From: Deltaproteobacteria bacterium TL4
Lineage (GTDB): Bacteria; SAR324; NAC60-12
Length of the DNA: 31,105 nucleotides
NCBI GenBank assembly: GCA_051382335.1
Contig: JBBCAX010000336.1
Span: 1-31,105, forward strand
Direction of reading: 5' to 3'
Shown: piece after piece, positions 6,729 to 16,734 of the stretch
Numbering within the stretch: position 1 is the first letter of the stretch
Layout of the letters: every line of letters begins with the position of its first letter
Made by a program: the position numbers and the translations under genes
The notes under the pieces: model-generated
The model's database searches: none
Told to the model about the DNA's origin: nothing
What the model saw: only the letters and a program-made list of their open reading frames with translations

Positions 6729-9700
6729 AGGTTGGGAGCTATTCCCCGTTCCCATAATTCTTTCAGGTTGTAATTCACGCTGTTGACGCCAAAGTCAGGT
6801 TCTTTGGTGAAGGGTTTCCAGACGTAACGCAGCTCACACTGGAGATGGGCATTGAAGGCTCCATCCTCCTCAGAAACCTCAAAGACGTCTGTCTGTCCAA
6901 AGTTTTCTGAAAGCGGAACTTCCACTAGAGCCAGAACCCAGTTTTCCGGTTTGTTGAGGGCGGTCAGGATTTCGTTTTTGGTGATCGTGACCGTGGTGGC
7001 TCCCTGGATGCGTCCCTTCACTTCCAGGAACCGCAAGGCAGGCAAGATGCCTGCGCTCCCAGGTGTTTGGATGCCCTTGCTCCCAGGAACCAGCGATTCA
7101 ATATCATAGCCCACCTTTTCCTGACTGACATCCCTGGGGATATGCCCCAATCGTTGTTCAGCGGCCATCACCGCCTGCATGGCGAGTTGCTCTACCCGTT
7201 GGCGTTCCTGAGCGTACAATCCTGGCGTTTGTTCCCGTTCTCCACGGAGTCGGGCCAGCAATCCTCCTGGAATGATCAAGGCGCCCCCCAGGGCCACTGG
7301 AGGCAAGGGAGCGAGTTGGCGTTCCTGTTCCAGTTCGGTCATGCGTTTCTGCAAGCGGGCCTGCAGGTCGTCTGCCCGTTGCCGTGCCTTGTCTGAATTC
7401 AGTCTGGCGTTGATCTTTCCCGCTCGCTCCTGAGCTTTTAAATCTTCCGCACGGTGGTCCCAATAGTTGATTTCCTTGGTCAGGCGGCTGTGAACCTCAA
7501 GACGGGTTTTCTCAACCAGGGGTTCCTTGAAGCTTTTGATTTCCTGGAGATGTTCAGGAACCAGTGCCTGAATGACATAACTGATGGCCTGATTTTCCCA
7601 ATCCTGAGACGACAGGGTCTGTTCCACCACGGAACGAATCAAAGGTGTTTCGGAATCCTGCAACGGTCGGTAATCCAGATAGGGGGCGGGTCCGGCATCA
7701 CGAATGAGAGGAGGGAGGGCGTCTCGCCCTTCCATGCGGGCAAGATGCCCACACTCCCAGGTAGGAATGCTCAACTCCACAAACTGGAGTTTCCTGGATA
7801 CCACACGGCGGCTGCCGTCGGTATTGCTCCGGCCATCCTGAATGGAATGATCCATGTAAAACAGGATGCGTAATTCTTCCTCAGGATCATTGTCATCCAC
7901 CAGAATGGCCCCCTGTTTCATCAGATCACGATACCGTTCCAGAACCAGATCAAGGGTGGCATCCAACAGGGGATGGCCTGGACAGATAAAAGCTGCTGGC
8001 GGTTTGTCAGGAACATGGATCAGCCCTTTTTCAAAGCAGATGCGTTCATAACGGGGAAGCACCACTTCTCCCCGCCCGATCAGGCGATCCCGTTGACGGA
8101 TCGTGGCCGGAACATGGGTGAGTTCAAAACGATTGGTCTCCCGCTCATGGAGGCTCCCCCCCAGTAACCGAAAGGCTTCCTTGAAAAAAGCGGCAATGAA
8201 ATGAGGTTGCAGGCGACGGGCTTCCATTCGTTCCATGTCCTGACGGATTTTCTGGATGGTGGCCGGCTCCAGCATATCACGAGCCAACGCTCGTTCCTGA
8301 ATCAGGGAATGGAGCTTCTGATGATCCAAAGCCCCTTCCACGGTCTGATTCAGCCGTTCCCTCACTTCCGGCTGGTTGCCGTAACGGATGGCTTCAATCA
8401 TGAGTTTTCGTAACTCTGCCCCGTCAATCGCCAGTCCCAGCACATCGAACACGGCTCCGCCCAGAGCTTCTTTCTCCTGCTCCAGTTTTTTCAGCAACCG
8501 GAGATAAACATCGCCTTCACGGGTTTCCGCCGCCACCAGATTCCACAAATGGCAGACTTCGGTTTGACCTATCCGGTGAATACGTCCAAAACGCTGTTCC
8601 AGACGGTTGGGGTTCCATGGGAGGTCATAATTCAGCATCAAATGAGCACGCTGGAGGTTGATCCCTTCCCCTGCCGCATCCGTAGCAATCAGGATTTGAA
8701 CGGACTTGTCCTGAGTGAAGGCTTCCTGAGACTTGAACCGTTCTTCCCGTCCGATACCACCATGAATCACCACGACCGCATCGACCTGTCCCAGCAGGGT
8801 ACGAATCCGGTCTGTCAAATAGTTGAGTGTGTCCTTGTGTTCCGTAAAAATAACCAGCTTCCGCCGATGCCCAGCGGCATCAAACATTTCGGCGTTGTCC
8901 TGCAGCAGGTTGGACAGTTCGTCCCATTTTTTATCCTTGCCGCTGCTTTTGACTTTCATGGCGAGTTGTTCCAGATCTGTGAGAACGCCTATTTCTATCT
9001 TCAATTCCTCAATGGTCTGGGCCGCTGTGGCCTGATCCATGATCTGTTCTTCCAGTTCCTCCAATTCCTCGGCGGGAGTTTCATCCAGATCGTTGATATC
9101 GTCTTCGTTGAGGAACACCTCTTTGACGGTTGAACCTCTGGACAGCAATTCCGTTTCCCGTAATCGGCTTTCCAGCCGTTCCCGTCGTCGTTTCAGCGAT
9201 TGATAGATGGCTTCAGGAGAGGAGGCTAACCGACGTTGAAGGATGGTCAATGCAAAGCCGACAGTGCCTTTCCGGCCGTCATCCTCCAGCATTTCCACAC
9301 GGTTGAACTCGTTCCGGACATATTCGGTGACGTCGTTGTATAGAGAGGCTTCGAGCTCTGAGAGCTTGTAAGGGACCGTGTAGGCTTTACGTTCAGGAAA
9401 CAAGGGGGTGGCATCGAATTTATAAAGTTGTTCCTTCACCATACGGCGCATCAAGTCCGACGCATTGGAGGTATGCACGCCATCACGGAATTTCCCTTCA
9501 AAGCGATCTCCATCCAGCAGGGACAGGAACAACTGAAAATCCGCTTCTTTCCCATTATGAGGCGTGGCGGTGAGCAGAAGGAAATTACGGCACACTTCCG
9601 ACAGCTTTCTCCCCAGACGGAAGCGTTTGGTGTACTTGGCCTCCCCTCCGAAATAAGTGGCGGACATTTTATGGGCCTCATCGCAAACGATCAGATCCCA

Positions 9701-10369
9701 ATCGGTCTGAGCCAGTTTTTCCTGGAGTTCTTCGTTTCTGGACAATTTATCCAGGCGAGCGATCAACAGGGGGATTTCCGTGAAGATATTACCTGTGCGT
9801 GAGGCTTCAATGCGGTCGTTGGTGAGGATTTCAAAGGGGAGTTGAAAACGGCGATACAACTCATCCTGCCACTGTTCCACCAGGTTGCCAGGACTCACGA
9901 TCAGGCATCGTTGCAAGTCGCCACGGATCTTGAGTTCCTTGATGAATAACCCTGTCATGATGGTTTTTCCAGCTCCAGGATCGTCAGCAAGCAAAAACCG
10001 AAGGGGCTGACGGGGGAGCATCTCTCCATAAACCGCTGTGATCTGATGGGGAAGCGGATCGACCATGGAGGTATGAACGGCCAGGTAGGGATCAAATAGA
10101 TGAGCTAAGCGGATACGCTGAGCTTCAGAGGCCAGGCGGAGCTTGTCTCCATCGGCATCAAAACTCCAGGGCTTGCCCTTTGTCACAATTTCCAAAGTGG
10201 GTTCGTTGTCACGGTATAACAGTTGGGTTCCCGTCTGCCCCGTGGCATCCTTGTAAAAGATTTCGACCACAGCCGTCCCATGCCATTTGATCTCCACCAG
10301 GGTGACATGAGATAGCGGTAAAATCCCTTTAACAACCGCACCACGAGACAGTTCTTCCAGTTTGGCCAT
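6725..10369 (-). CDS. SNF2-family helicase with C-terminal DUF3883-type PD-(D/E)XK nuclease domain
   Basis: LLADDPGAGKT, DEAH, LTATPH, TDAAGEGINLQ, LPWNPNRLEQRFGRIHRIGQ; C-terminal GYDIES...FLEVKGR. Confidence 0.93.
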   Translation of the reverse strand: MAKLEELSRGAVVKGILPLSHVTLVEIKWHGTAVVEIFYKDATGQTGTQLLYRDNEPTLEIVTKGKPWSFDADGDKLRLASEAQRIRLAHLFDPYLAVHTSMVDPLPHQITAVYGEMLPRQPLRFLLADDPGAGKTIMTGLFIKELKIRGDLQRCLIVSPGNLVEQWQDELYRRFQLPFEILTNDRIEASRTGNIFTEIPLLIARLDKLSRNEELQEKLAQTDWDLIVCDEAHKMSATYFGGEAKYTKRFRLGRKLSEVCRNFLLLTATPHNGKEADFQLFLSLLDGDRFEGKFRDGVHTSNASDLMRRMVKEQLYKFDATPLFPERKAYTVPYKLSELEASLYNDVTEYVRNEFNRVEMLEDDGRKGTVGFALTILQRRLASSPEAIYQSLKRRRERLESRLRETELLSRGSTVKEVFLNEDDINDLDETPAEELEELEEQIMDQATAAQTIEELKIEIGVLTDLEQLAMKVKSSGKDKKWDELSNLLQDNAEMFDAAGHRRKLVIFTEHKDTLNYLTDRIRTLLGQVDAVVVIHGGIGREERFKSQEAFTQDKSVQILIATDAAGEGINLQRAHLMLNYDLPWNPNRLEQRFGRIHRIGQTEVCHLWNLVAAETREGDVYLRLLKKLEQEKEALGGAVFDVLGLAIDGAELRKLMIEAIRYGNQPEVRERLNQTVEGALDHQKLHSLIQERALARDMLEPATIQKIRQDMERMEARRLQPHFIAAFFKEAFRLLGGSLHERETNRFELTHVPATIRQRDRLIGRGEVVLPRYERICFEKGLIHVPDKPPAAFICPGHPLLDATLDLVLERYRDLMKQGAILVDDNDPEEELRILFYMDHSIQDGRSNTDGSRRVVSRKLQFVELSIPTWECGHLARMEGRDALPPLIRDAGPAPYLDYRPLQDSETPLIRSVVEQTLSSQDWENQAISYVIQALVPEHLQEIKSFKEPLVEKTRLEVHSRLTKEINYWDHRAEDLKAQERAGKINARLNSDKARQRADDLQARLQKRMTELEQERQLAPLPPVALGGALIIPGGLLARLRGEREQTPGLYAQERQRVEQLAMQAVMAAEQRLGHIPRDVSQEKVGYDIESLVPGSKGIQTPGSAGILPALRFLEVKGRIQGATTVTITKNEILTALNKPENWVLALVEVPLSENFGQTDVFEVSEEDGAFNAHLQCELRYVWKPFTKEPDFGVNSVNYNLKELWERGIAPNL
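7038..7086 (-). repeat. One full plus one partial CTGGGAGC REP, in frame in the helicase nuclease domain
   Basis: CTGGGAGC-GCAGGCA-TCT-TGCCTGC (7062-7038) and truncated CTGGGAGC-AAGGGCA-TCC (7086-7069); encodes PGSKGIQTPGSAGILPA between GYDIES and LEVKGR. Confidence 0.8.
7707..7760. repeat. In-frame inverted REP pair in the helicase (encodes WECGHLARMEGRDALPP)
   Basis: GAGGGCG-TCT-CGCCCTT (+) and CTGGGAGT-GTGGGCA-TCT-TGCCCGC (-). Confidence 0.78.
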
Positions 10370-10613
10370 GATTCATAAATTTTATCAATATGTTGAACAA
10401 AACTGAGGAACACTCAGGTGGGAAACTTTCGCTTGGCTATTCATAACGAAGTGATGTATTACTCGCAAGCTGGATATGGGAGATCTTGAAGAAAATCTGC
10501 GGTGACCACCAACCCCAGGCTTCCTTAGTAGAAAAACCGGTTTATGCCCGTGGAAAGGTCAAAGCTGGAGAATCAATCTATTAGTTTCAAAGAAATGGGA
10601 GCACGAGAAATTT

Positions 10614-10901
10614 TTGAATATTCTTCAAAGGTACGTTTCTCTTCCGTACGAACTCAAACAAAGTGAGGATAAACTTACCTTGTTATCAGAACACCAAAAT
10701 TTGTTGGAGAACATGATTTTGGAACACCAGCGGAAGTTAGATCATATCTTGGGTCAATATATTTTGATACCAAAAAAATGGGAGAATAAACAAAAAGAAT
10801 CCTGCTCTTCCACTGACATTTTAGCTACAGCTTTTGATGAAGCTTATCTTCGTGCGGAAATCTCAATGAACGAAATTTTTCAACGGTCAATGTCATTGTA
10901 A
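10614..10901 (+). CDS. Hypothetical small protein (doubtful, TTG start)
   Basis: Only non-overlapping ORF in the gap; no motif recognised. Confidence 0.3.
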   Translation: MNILQRYVSLPYELKQSEDKLTLLSEHQNLLENMILEHQRKLDHILGQYILIPKKWENKQKESCSSTDILATAFDEAYLRAEISMNEIFQRSMSL

Positions 10902-10984
10902 AATAAAACCGAATGTCACAATGCGGTATCCCGAATAAGTGCCTCAGGTCTAAAGCGGGAGAGCCGTAAATAAAATGTTCCTTA

Positions 10985-11029
10985 TCTCGTTCCAAAGGAT
11001 GCATTACAAGGCAGAGCCTTGGAACGAGA
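10985..11029. repeat. CGT-type REP-like palindrome just after the MCP stop; may double as a terminator
   Basis: TCTCGTTCCAA...TTGGAACGAGA inverted ends with inner AAGGC-AGA-GCCTT hairpin. Confidence 0.6.
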
Positions 11030-11034
11030 CAGTG

Positions 11035-13575
11035 TCAATGTTGCTTGTTGTCTGCCAGCTTAAAATAGGAAATCGTTTGTTTCAAGGCCTCAGCCATTTT
11101 TGAAAGCTCTTTTGCGTTGTTAAGGATAAAGGAGACTCCGCCATTGACTTCCTCCACAGCAAATTGAATTCCTTGAATACTTTGGTCAACGTTGTGAATT
11201 TCGACAGAGACCTTTGCTGAGGTTTGCGCTACTTCTCTTACTCCGAAAGAAGCCTCCGATAAGTTTCTGGCGGATTCCTGGGATGCGTGTGAGGCTTCCA
11301 CGGTTGACCGCTGGATTTCCTTGATATCTTCCGTAGCTTTCCGGATACTGAGCGTCGACAAATTACTTGCCGAGGCAATGGCTTCAACAAAACGATTGAT
11401 TTCCGTAGAAACATCACTTTGCTGTCCAATGGCTCCTGAAATAAAATGAATTATTTCTTCAAGCTTATTGATGATGTCTACAACCGCCTGAGTTCGCGAC
11501 AAGGCATTTTCAGTATACTGCTGAATCGTATCAATGCGCTCTCCGATATCATTGTTAAGAGCCGAAGTTTGAGCTGCCAGCGTTTTAACTTCTTTCGCCA
11601 CAATTTCAAAACCTCTGCCGGCCTCTCCCGCTTTTGATGCCTCAATCGCGGCATTGAGCGCCAACATATTGGTTTGATCCGAAATATCATCAATTTGTTT
11701 AACAAAATTACCAATATTATTTGCTTTCTCTCCTAAGTTATTCATGGTTTCCAAGGTGGCACTCACATTGGTTTTTGTCACCTGAGCAATCATGGCGGCA
11801 TTTTGGGTTTTTTCAGAGACATGGACCAGAGAAGAGGACATTTTTTCTATAGAGGTGGCCACTTGATTAATATCACGTGAAATTTGGCCGATATTCAGAC
11901 TCATGCCCTCCATATTGGACGAGGCATTTCCTGAATTTGTCGCAATATTATTGATCATCGCGCTCAGTTCCTCAACTGTGGCCGTAATGGTGAGAACATT
12001 AGTGGAGGACTCTTCGGCGGCAGCCGCAATGGTATTCACATTACTGGATAATTTTGAGGAAAAGAGGGCAATGGTAGAAGTTTGTTTTTCCATGGCCTCG
12101 GAGTTGGTCGCGATTTTTGAAGAAAAAGCATTCAGTTCTTGTGAAGCGTGAACGACAATATCAACATCTTCGGTTATTTCCCAAATCGTTTCTTCCAATT
12201 TTTCTGACAAATGATCCATAGTCCTCGCCATTTGAATGATCTCCTGAGAATAGCTATAGAAATTACTGATCAAGGACCGTGGACTTTTCTTTTTAATAAA
12301 AATACCAACACGTTCTCTCAAATCCCCAGCGGATATTTTCTCAGAAATCCGGATAAACTCTTTGAAAGACACCACCATATTCCGCACAATCAAGAAAGCG
12401 ATCAACACGCCGATAATCAAGGCCAATACGGAAAAAAACAACATCCACAGTTGCCCCTTTCTAGTGTATTCTTTAATGGCGTCCTGTGCCGCCCGAGTCA
12501 GAAGTTCTTGGTGTTCGACAATCTTTTGCGTCAGTTGAAGTGTATTCTGGATGTGCTGTTTTGAAATAGCAATGTACTCTCTCAATCGGAGCATCACCTC
12601 ACTCCACTGAAGTAAAGCCTCATAATAATCATCCAATATCTCTTTGAGTTTAGCCTTTACCTCCGATCCAATAGTTGTGTCTGCAATGATCAATTTATAT
12701 TGTATTACCATGTCATTAACTTTACCCAGATCTTCCCTATGAGACCATAGCAAAAAGTCCTTTTCATATTTGCGAAGACTCAGATAAACGTTGGTACTGT
12801 CGGGGATGTAATAAGCTTTGATGGTCTTTGTGAGGGTTTCGGCTTTTTCGTCCACTTGTTGATAGAGTTCTTTTCTCGCCAATTTTTTCGGAGCTTCCAC
12901 ATAATTACTCCAACTCTGTTTATAGTCCCGAAATTGATCTTTAATTTGTTTCTTCACCTCCTTATCGGCGGCACTCTGAAATAATTGTGAAGCAAAAGCC
13001 ATCATTGCTTTTTGATGCTCATTGATAAACGTTGGATCTTGGGTTAAATAATAGCCTTTTTCAAAATTACGAATTTGTATGAAATTCTGATAAATACTGG
13101 AAACATCATGTTTTTGACTGGCCTCTCCTATCAGCTCTGCCCTACTGTTGAAGGTTCCTTGAACACCAGACTTCTCATCCAAACCTCGAAATTCAAGAGC
13201 TTTTCTTAATTCTTTAAAATTTTCAATATAAGCATTCGTCTCTGTTTCCGACTGAAGTGCCCATTCTTTAATTTGAGGATCTTCACTCACATTCCCAATT
13301 GCTTGTGCCAGTTCAATCGCTTGTTTCGCATATTCGATGGTTTGATCCGCATACGCCAAATCATTGCGCATCAGTAAATTATTTTCGTTAGTTTGAATTT
13401 GAAGGGAAGCGGTACTGAGGTCTTTGGCTTTTCCGTTGATCGATAAAGTGCTCAGCACTTTAGACTCATACTCTTCAATAATCTGATTACTCATTTGATA
13501 GCCCAAAACAAAGACCAAAAGCAGTAATCCCAATACAAGGCCAAACCCTCCCCCTAATTCTTTTTTAATCGTCAT
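11035..13575 (-). CDS. Methyl-accepting chemotaxis protein with large periplasmic domain
   Basis: Two TM segments, HAMP-like region, signalling tip QTNMLALNAAIEASKAGEAGRGFEIVAKEVKTLA. Confidence 0.95.
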   Translation of the reverse strand: MTIKKELGGGFGLVLGLLLLVFVLGYQMSNQIIEEYESKVLSTLSINGKAKDLSTASLQIQTNENNLLMRNDLAYADQTIEYAKQAIELAQAIGNVSEDPQIKEWALQSETETNAYIENFKELRKALEFRGLDEKSGVQGTFNSRAELIGEASQKHDVSSIYQNFIQIRNFEKGYYLTQDPTFINEHQKAMMAFASQLFQSAADKEVKKQIKDQFRDYKQSWSNYVEAPKKLARKELYQQVDEKAETLTKTIKAYYIPDSTNVYLSLRKYEKDFLLWSHREDLGKVNDMVIQYKLIIADTTIGSEVKAKLKEILDDYYEALLQWSEVMLRLREYIAISKQHIQNTLQLTQKIVEHQELLTRAAQDAIKEYTRKGQLWMLFFSVLALIIGVLIAFLIVRNMVVSFKEFIRISEKISAGDLRERVGIFIKKKSPRSLISNFYSYSQEIIQMARTMDHLSEKLEETIWEITEDVDIVVHASQELNAFSSKIATNSEAMEKQTSTIALFSSKLSSNVNTIAAAAEESSTNVLTITATVEELSAMINNIATNSGNASSNMEGMSLNIGQISRDINQVATSIEKMSSSLVHVSEKTQNAAMIAQVTKTNVSATLETMNNLGEKANNIGNFVKQIDDISDQTNMLALNAAIEASKAGEAGRGFEIVAKEVKTLAAQTSALNNDIGERIDTIQQYTENALSRTQAVVDIINKLEEIIHFISGAIGQQSDVSTEINRFVEAIASASNLSTLSIRKATEDIKEIQRSTVEASHASQESARNLSEASFGVREVAQTSAKVSVEIHNVDQSIQGIQFAVEEVNGGVSFILNNAKELSKMAEALKQTISYFKLADNKQH

Positions 13576-14001
13576 GCTTGATATTCTTTCTTAATTAAAA
13601 TTTGAGACGTGACTTACTTCCAACGTAAGCTATACGATGTCCCCTCGCTCAGGAATTACTCGTAACCTCGATACGTTTCCATGACTTCCGTAAAACATGA
13701 TGGATCACCAGAGGGATGACATTACCACATGAAACGCCAAGATAAAACAAATTAAATTGGGCAATTGAGTCAAGTTGTCCTTTTTATTCTGGTTAATTCA
13801 TATCAAACTCTACTTACCCTGTCTATTAATTTATAATTTGAAATATCGGCTCTTGTTTTACTTTGAGAAACCACTCTCACTGTGATATGCAGGGCAGCAG
13901 AGTGTCTCCACTGATGAAGACATTATGGACAGATGGTTGATTAATAATCCTGGACACAACCCTTCCGAATTTTCTGGGAACGAAATCGCTATGGAGTCTC
14001 C

Positions 14002-15052
14002 ATGATAAAGCAAACGTTAAGCACGCTAATCCATACGGCAAGAACTGGATTATGTCAATTACCCCCTCAACAGCCTAAAGGAGAAGATGCGTTTACGGCA
14101 GACTATTGTTCAGAATGGGATGTAAGGACACTTATTTTGCCGATTACAGGACATGCAGAACTCAAGTTGCTGCTTCTGAATTTATGGCTGGGACCTACAG
14201 GAATTGCCGGTTTTGATGATCAAATGTGTTCTTCTCCCCTGAATTCTAAAGGGTATTTAGTCCTGATGCTTTTAGGCAAGCCTTTACCTCTTCAAGTTAC
14301 ATTGAATTTCACCAAACATGATTACACCGTTCATCAGGCATGTTTGGAGTTCCATGGTTCCTTTGATTATGCACTCAAAGGCGCTTGGCCCAACTATTCC
14401 TTACACTGCAAGATTGCGGCACATGAGTTATCTTTTGATTTCGGGATTTCTGCTTTTTTGACGCACTGGTGGTCAAAAATGGGGCGGCATTATCGACATT
14501 ATTCTACCTTTGGAAAATGTCTGGGGCGACTTGAGTATCAGGGGACGTCCTTATGAGATTGATGAGCGGATTTCTTTGGAACATGGTCGGGGGCGAAATT
14601 TACTTTGGATGTCCCAACGACCAGAAATTCCGATCAGTTATTTTCACTATGAACTAGGCACGTTGGCGGAAATTGGAACCTTTGCGCTTGGTTTCGGCAA
14701 AGCTTGGAATGATTCCCTTGAAGTCTTATCGTCGGGAGTCTTTATTGATCGGTCTGGAAAATCCTATTGGCTTCAAAAATTAAGCAACCACGTTCTGGAA
14801 ACACAATCGGTCAGCGATCGTCGAGGAGAAACAATACAAGTTCCCTGTCGTTGGATAATGGAAGGAAAGGGGCCTTCAATCTATTTGAAATATGAAACCA
14901 TCAAATATTTCGGTTCCTTTGCTGGAATGGGACGACTGTGTAACGGTGGGGCTTTGATTCAGGCAGATGTCCGTTTCAAAAAAGGGAAAACGGTTTTTGC
15001 CCAGGGCAGCGTGTTTCAGGAGCATTCTCACCAATCAAATTTTGCTTCATGA
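14002..15052 (+). pseudogene. Hypothetical gene probably split by a +1 frameshift at about 14551 (ORFs 14002-14556 and 14510-15052)
   Basis: Overlapping same-strand ORFs; deleting one T in ACG TCC TTA TGA GAT gives continuous ...YQGTSYEIDERISLEHG... Confidence 0.55.
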
Positions 15053-15133
15053 ATGCGGTGACTGAGTTGTCTCAAGTTCCAAAATAAATATTTAAACTAC
15101 TGCCTGCACCTTAAAAGCGATTGAGCCCCGCTC

Positions 15134-15793
15134 TCAAACTTTTCGTCCGAACCAAACCACTTTTCCTACGATTTCGGCATGATTTTTCTGCTCAGGGTTG
15201 ATGACGAATTCCTTGTAGAGTTTATTATCACTAATAACGTGAAGGTTCTGTTCATAATCTTTTTGAATACGCTTGGCCATCAAGCCGCCATCAAATTGAA
15301 GCAGATAGATTCCGTCCCGATTGACGTCGCTTTGACTCAAGTCTACCAAAACCAAATCACCATCGCTGAGCGTAGGATACATGCTGTCACCAGTGATCGT
15401 AATGAGTGCGAGTTGAGTGACATTTGTCGCTAAATCATGAGTGATCCACTGGCGTTTAAAAGCCAAATGATCGACAATTTGTTCACTATGGATCACACTT
15501 CCATAACCCGCACTTGCTTGGACATCATATAAGGGAACGTGTATAAATTCGTTGGCATCATCTAACGAGGTTTCTTCCTTCATCCTGCCTTCCCCCAACA
15601 AGAGCCAATGCAGATTGATATGAAACAGGGTTGCCAGCGTGATCAGATATTGCATCGTGAATGAAGTTCTGCCCTTGCAGATGTCGGTAATATGTGACGG
15701 TTTTTTGCCTGTAATCCGGGCAAATTCGCTGCGATTACTCTCAGCAAAGGTATCAATAATCTGCTGAAACCTTGTAATGATTGATGTATCCAT
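15134..15793 (-). CDS. CI/LexA-like repressor (HTH + S24 peptidase)
   Basis: N-terminal HTH ending INLHWLLLGEG, ASAGYG (Ala-Gly cleavage site), GDSMYP (Ser), MAKRI (Lys), ISDN, IVGKVVW. Confidence 0.93.
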   Translation of the reverse strand: MDTSIITRFQQIIDTFAESNRSEFARITGKKPSHITDICKGRTSFTMQYLITLATLFHINLHWLLLGEGRMKEETSLDDANEFIHVPLYDVQASAGYGSVIHSEQIVDHLAFKRQWITHDLATNVTQLALITITGDSMYPTLSDGDLVLVDLSQSDVNRDGIYLLQFDGGLMAKRIQKDYEQNLHVISDNKLYKEFVINPEQKNHAEIVGKVVWFGRKV

Positions 15794-16371
15794 TTCGTTT
15801 TGTTGCTAAAGGTTGAGCCTTGACAGAGGATAAGAATGATAACGTTATTTAGATATAATCACATAAATTACAAAAATACAATATTTATTTTTGATAAAAT
15901 ACGTTATTAATTTAACAATTACAGGGTGGTATTGTTAAAATTAGTAAAACAGGCGAGTGATCTCGTGAGTATTCTTAAGGATTTGTCAGTTTTTCCGATT
16001 TTGAATCCCGGGTTTCACCATTTTTATTTCCCAGGGATTCATAGTAGTTTTTAGTAATCCGGACTCCTTCATTTTTTCCCAGACGAAAGGCGATTCCGCC
16101 AACCACGATAATTAAGGTTCCAATTGAAAATACGTGCAAACTTAATAACATTTGTTTTCCTTTTTATACGAGGGTTTTGCATCAACAGCCACAAAGGCCT
16201 AAAATTGATTTTATCAATCGGGTCCAATCGTACCATCCTTAGGGTGAGAACTCAATATTTCAAAAATATTTTTCGATCCAAATAGTTCAAGGGCGAGGAA
16301 AAAGGCACCTCTTCTGCATAGGTATGATAAAAAATCACTTTCGCTGTTAATTTCAAATAGGGTTAAAAGTA

Positions 16372-16719
16372 ATGAAAAAAGAATCCTTTCACTTGATGGC
16401 TGTTCCCCGGAATTTTACTCAGGAAGTGTTGAAAGCCGGTGGAAAATTCATGAAGTTAAAAGACCAGCAATGGACGGACCCTCTCAACTTACAGTTACTT
16501 CAATGGAATAACTCGCCTGATACGATGATTCATATATTGAATGCCTCTCAACAGCGAAGTTATGAGATGTTGGGACAAAACTATGTTGAGGATATGTCTC
16601 TGTGTCGCGTTATTTTTGAGCAGTCCCGTGCTGAAGGGTACAGTATCTACACGGGGTCGATTGAGCAAGTCACCTGTGAAGAGTGCCTGAAAAAAATCAA
16701 TAAGCCTACCACTCCTTAA
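16372..16719 (+). CDS. Hypothetical protein with C-terminal CxxC, first gene of the GRE cluster
   Basis: 115-aa ORF, VTCEECLKK, 15 bp before the activase. Confidence 0.5.
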   Translation: MKKESFHLMAVPRNFTQEVLKAGGKFMKLKDQQWTDPLNLQLLQWNNSPDTMIHILNASQQRSYEMLGQNYVEDMSLCRVIFEQSRAEGYSIYTGSIEQVTCEECLKKINKPTTP

Positions 16720-16734
16720 GCATAAAGGCCTCTT

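Noticed and set aside
6663..6755. 31-aa N-terminal extension of the ATPase in the ORF track
   Set aside because: Overlaps the helicase end and translates the REP; the family pattern begins at the ATG at 6662
15134..16719. Prophage immunity region
   Set aside because: No cro-like ORF in the track and no integrase, replication or structural genes nearby
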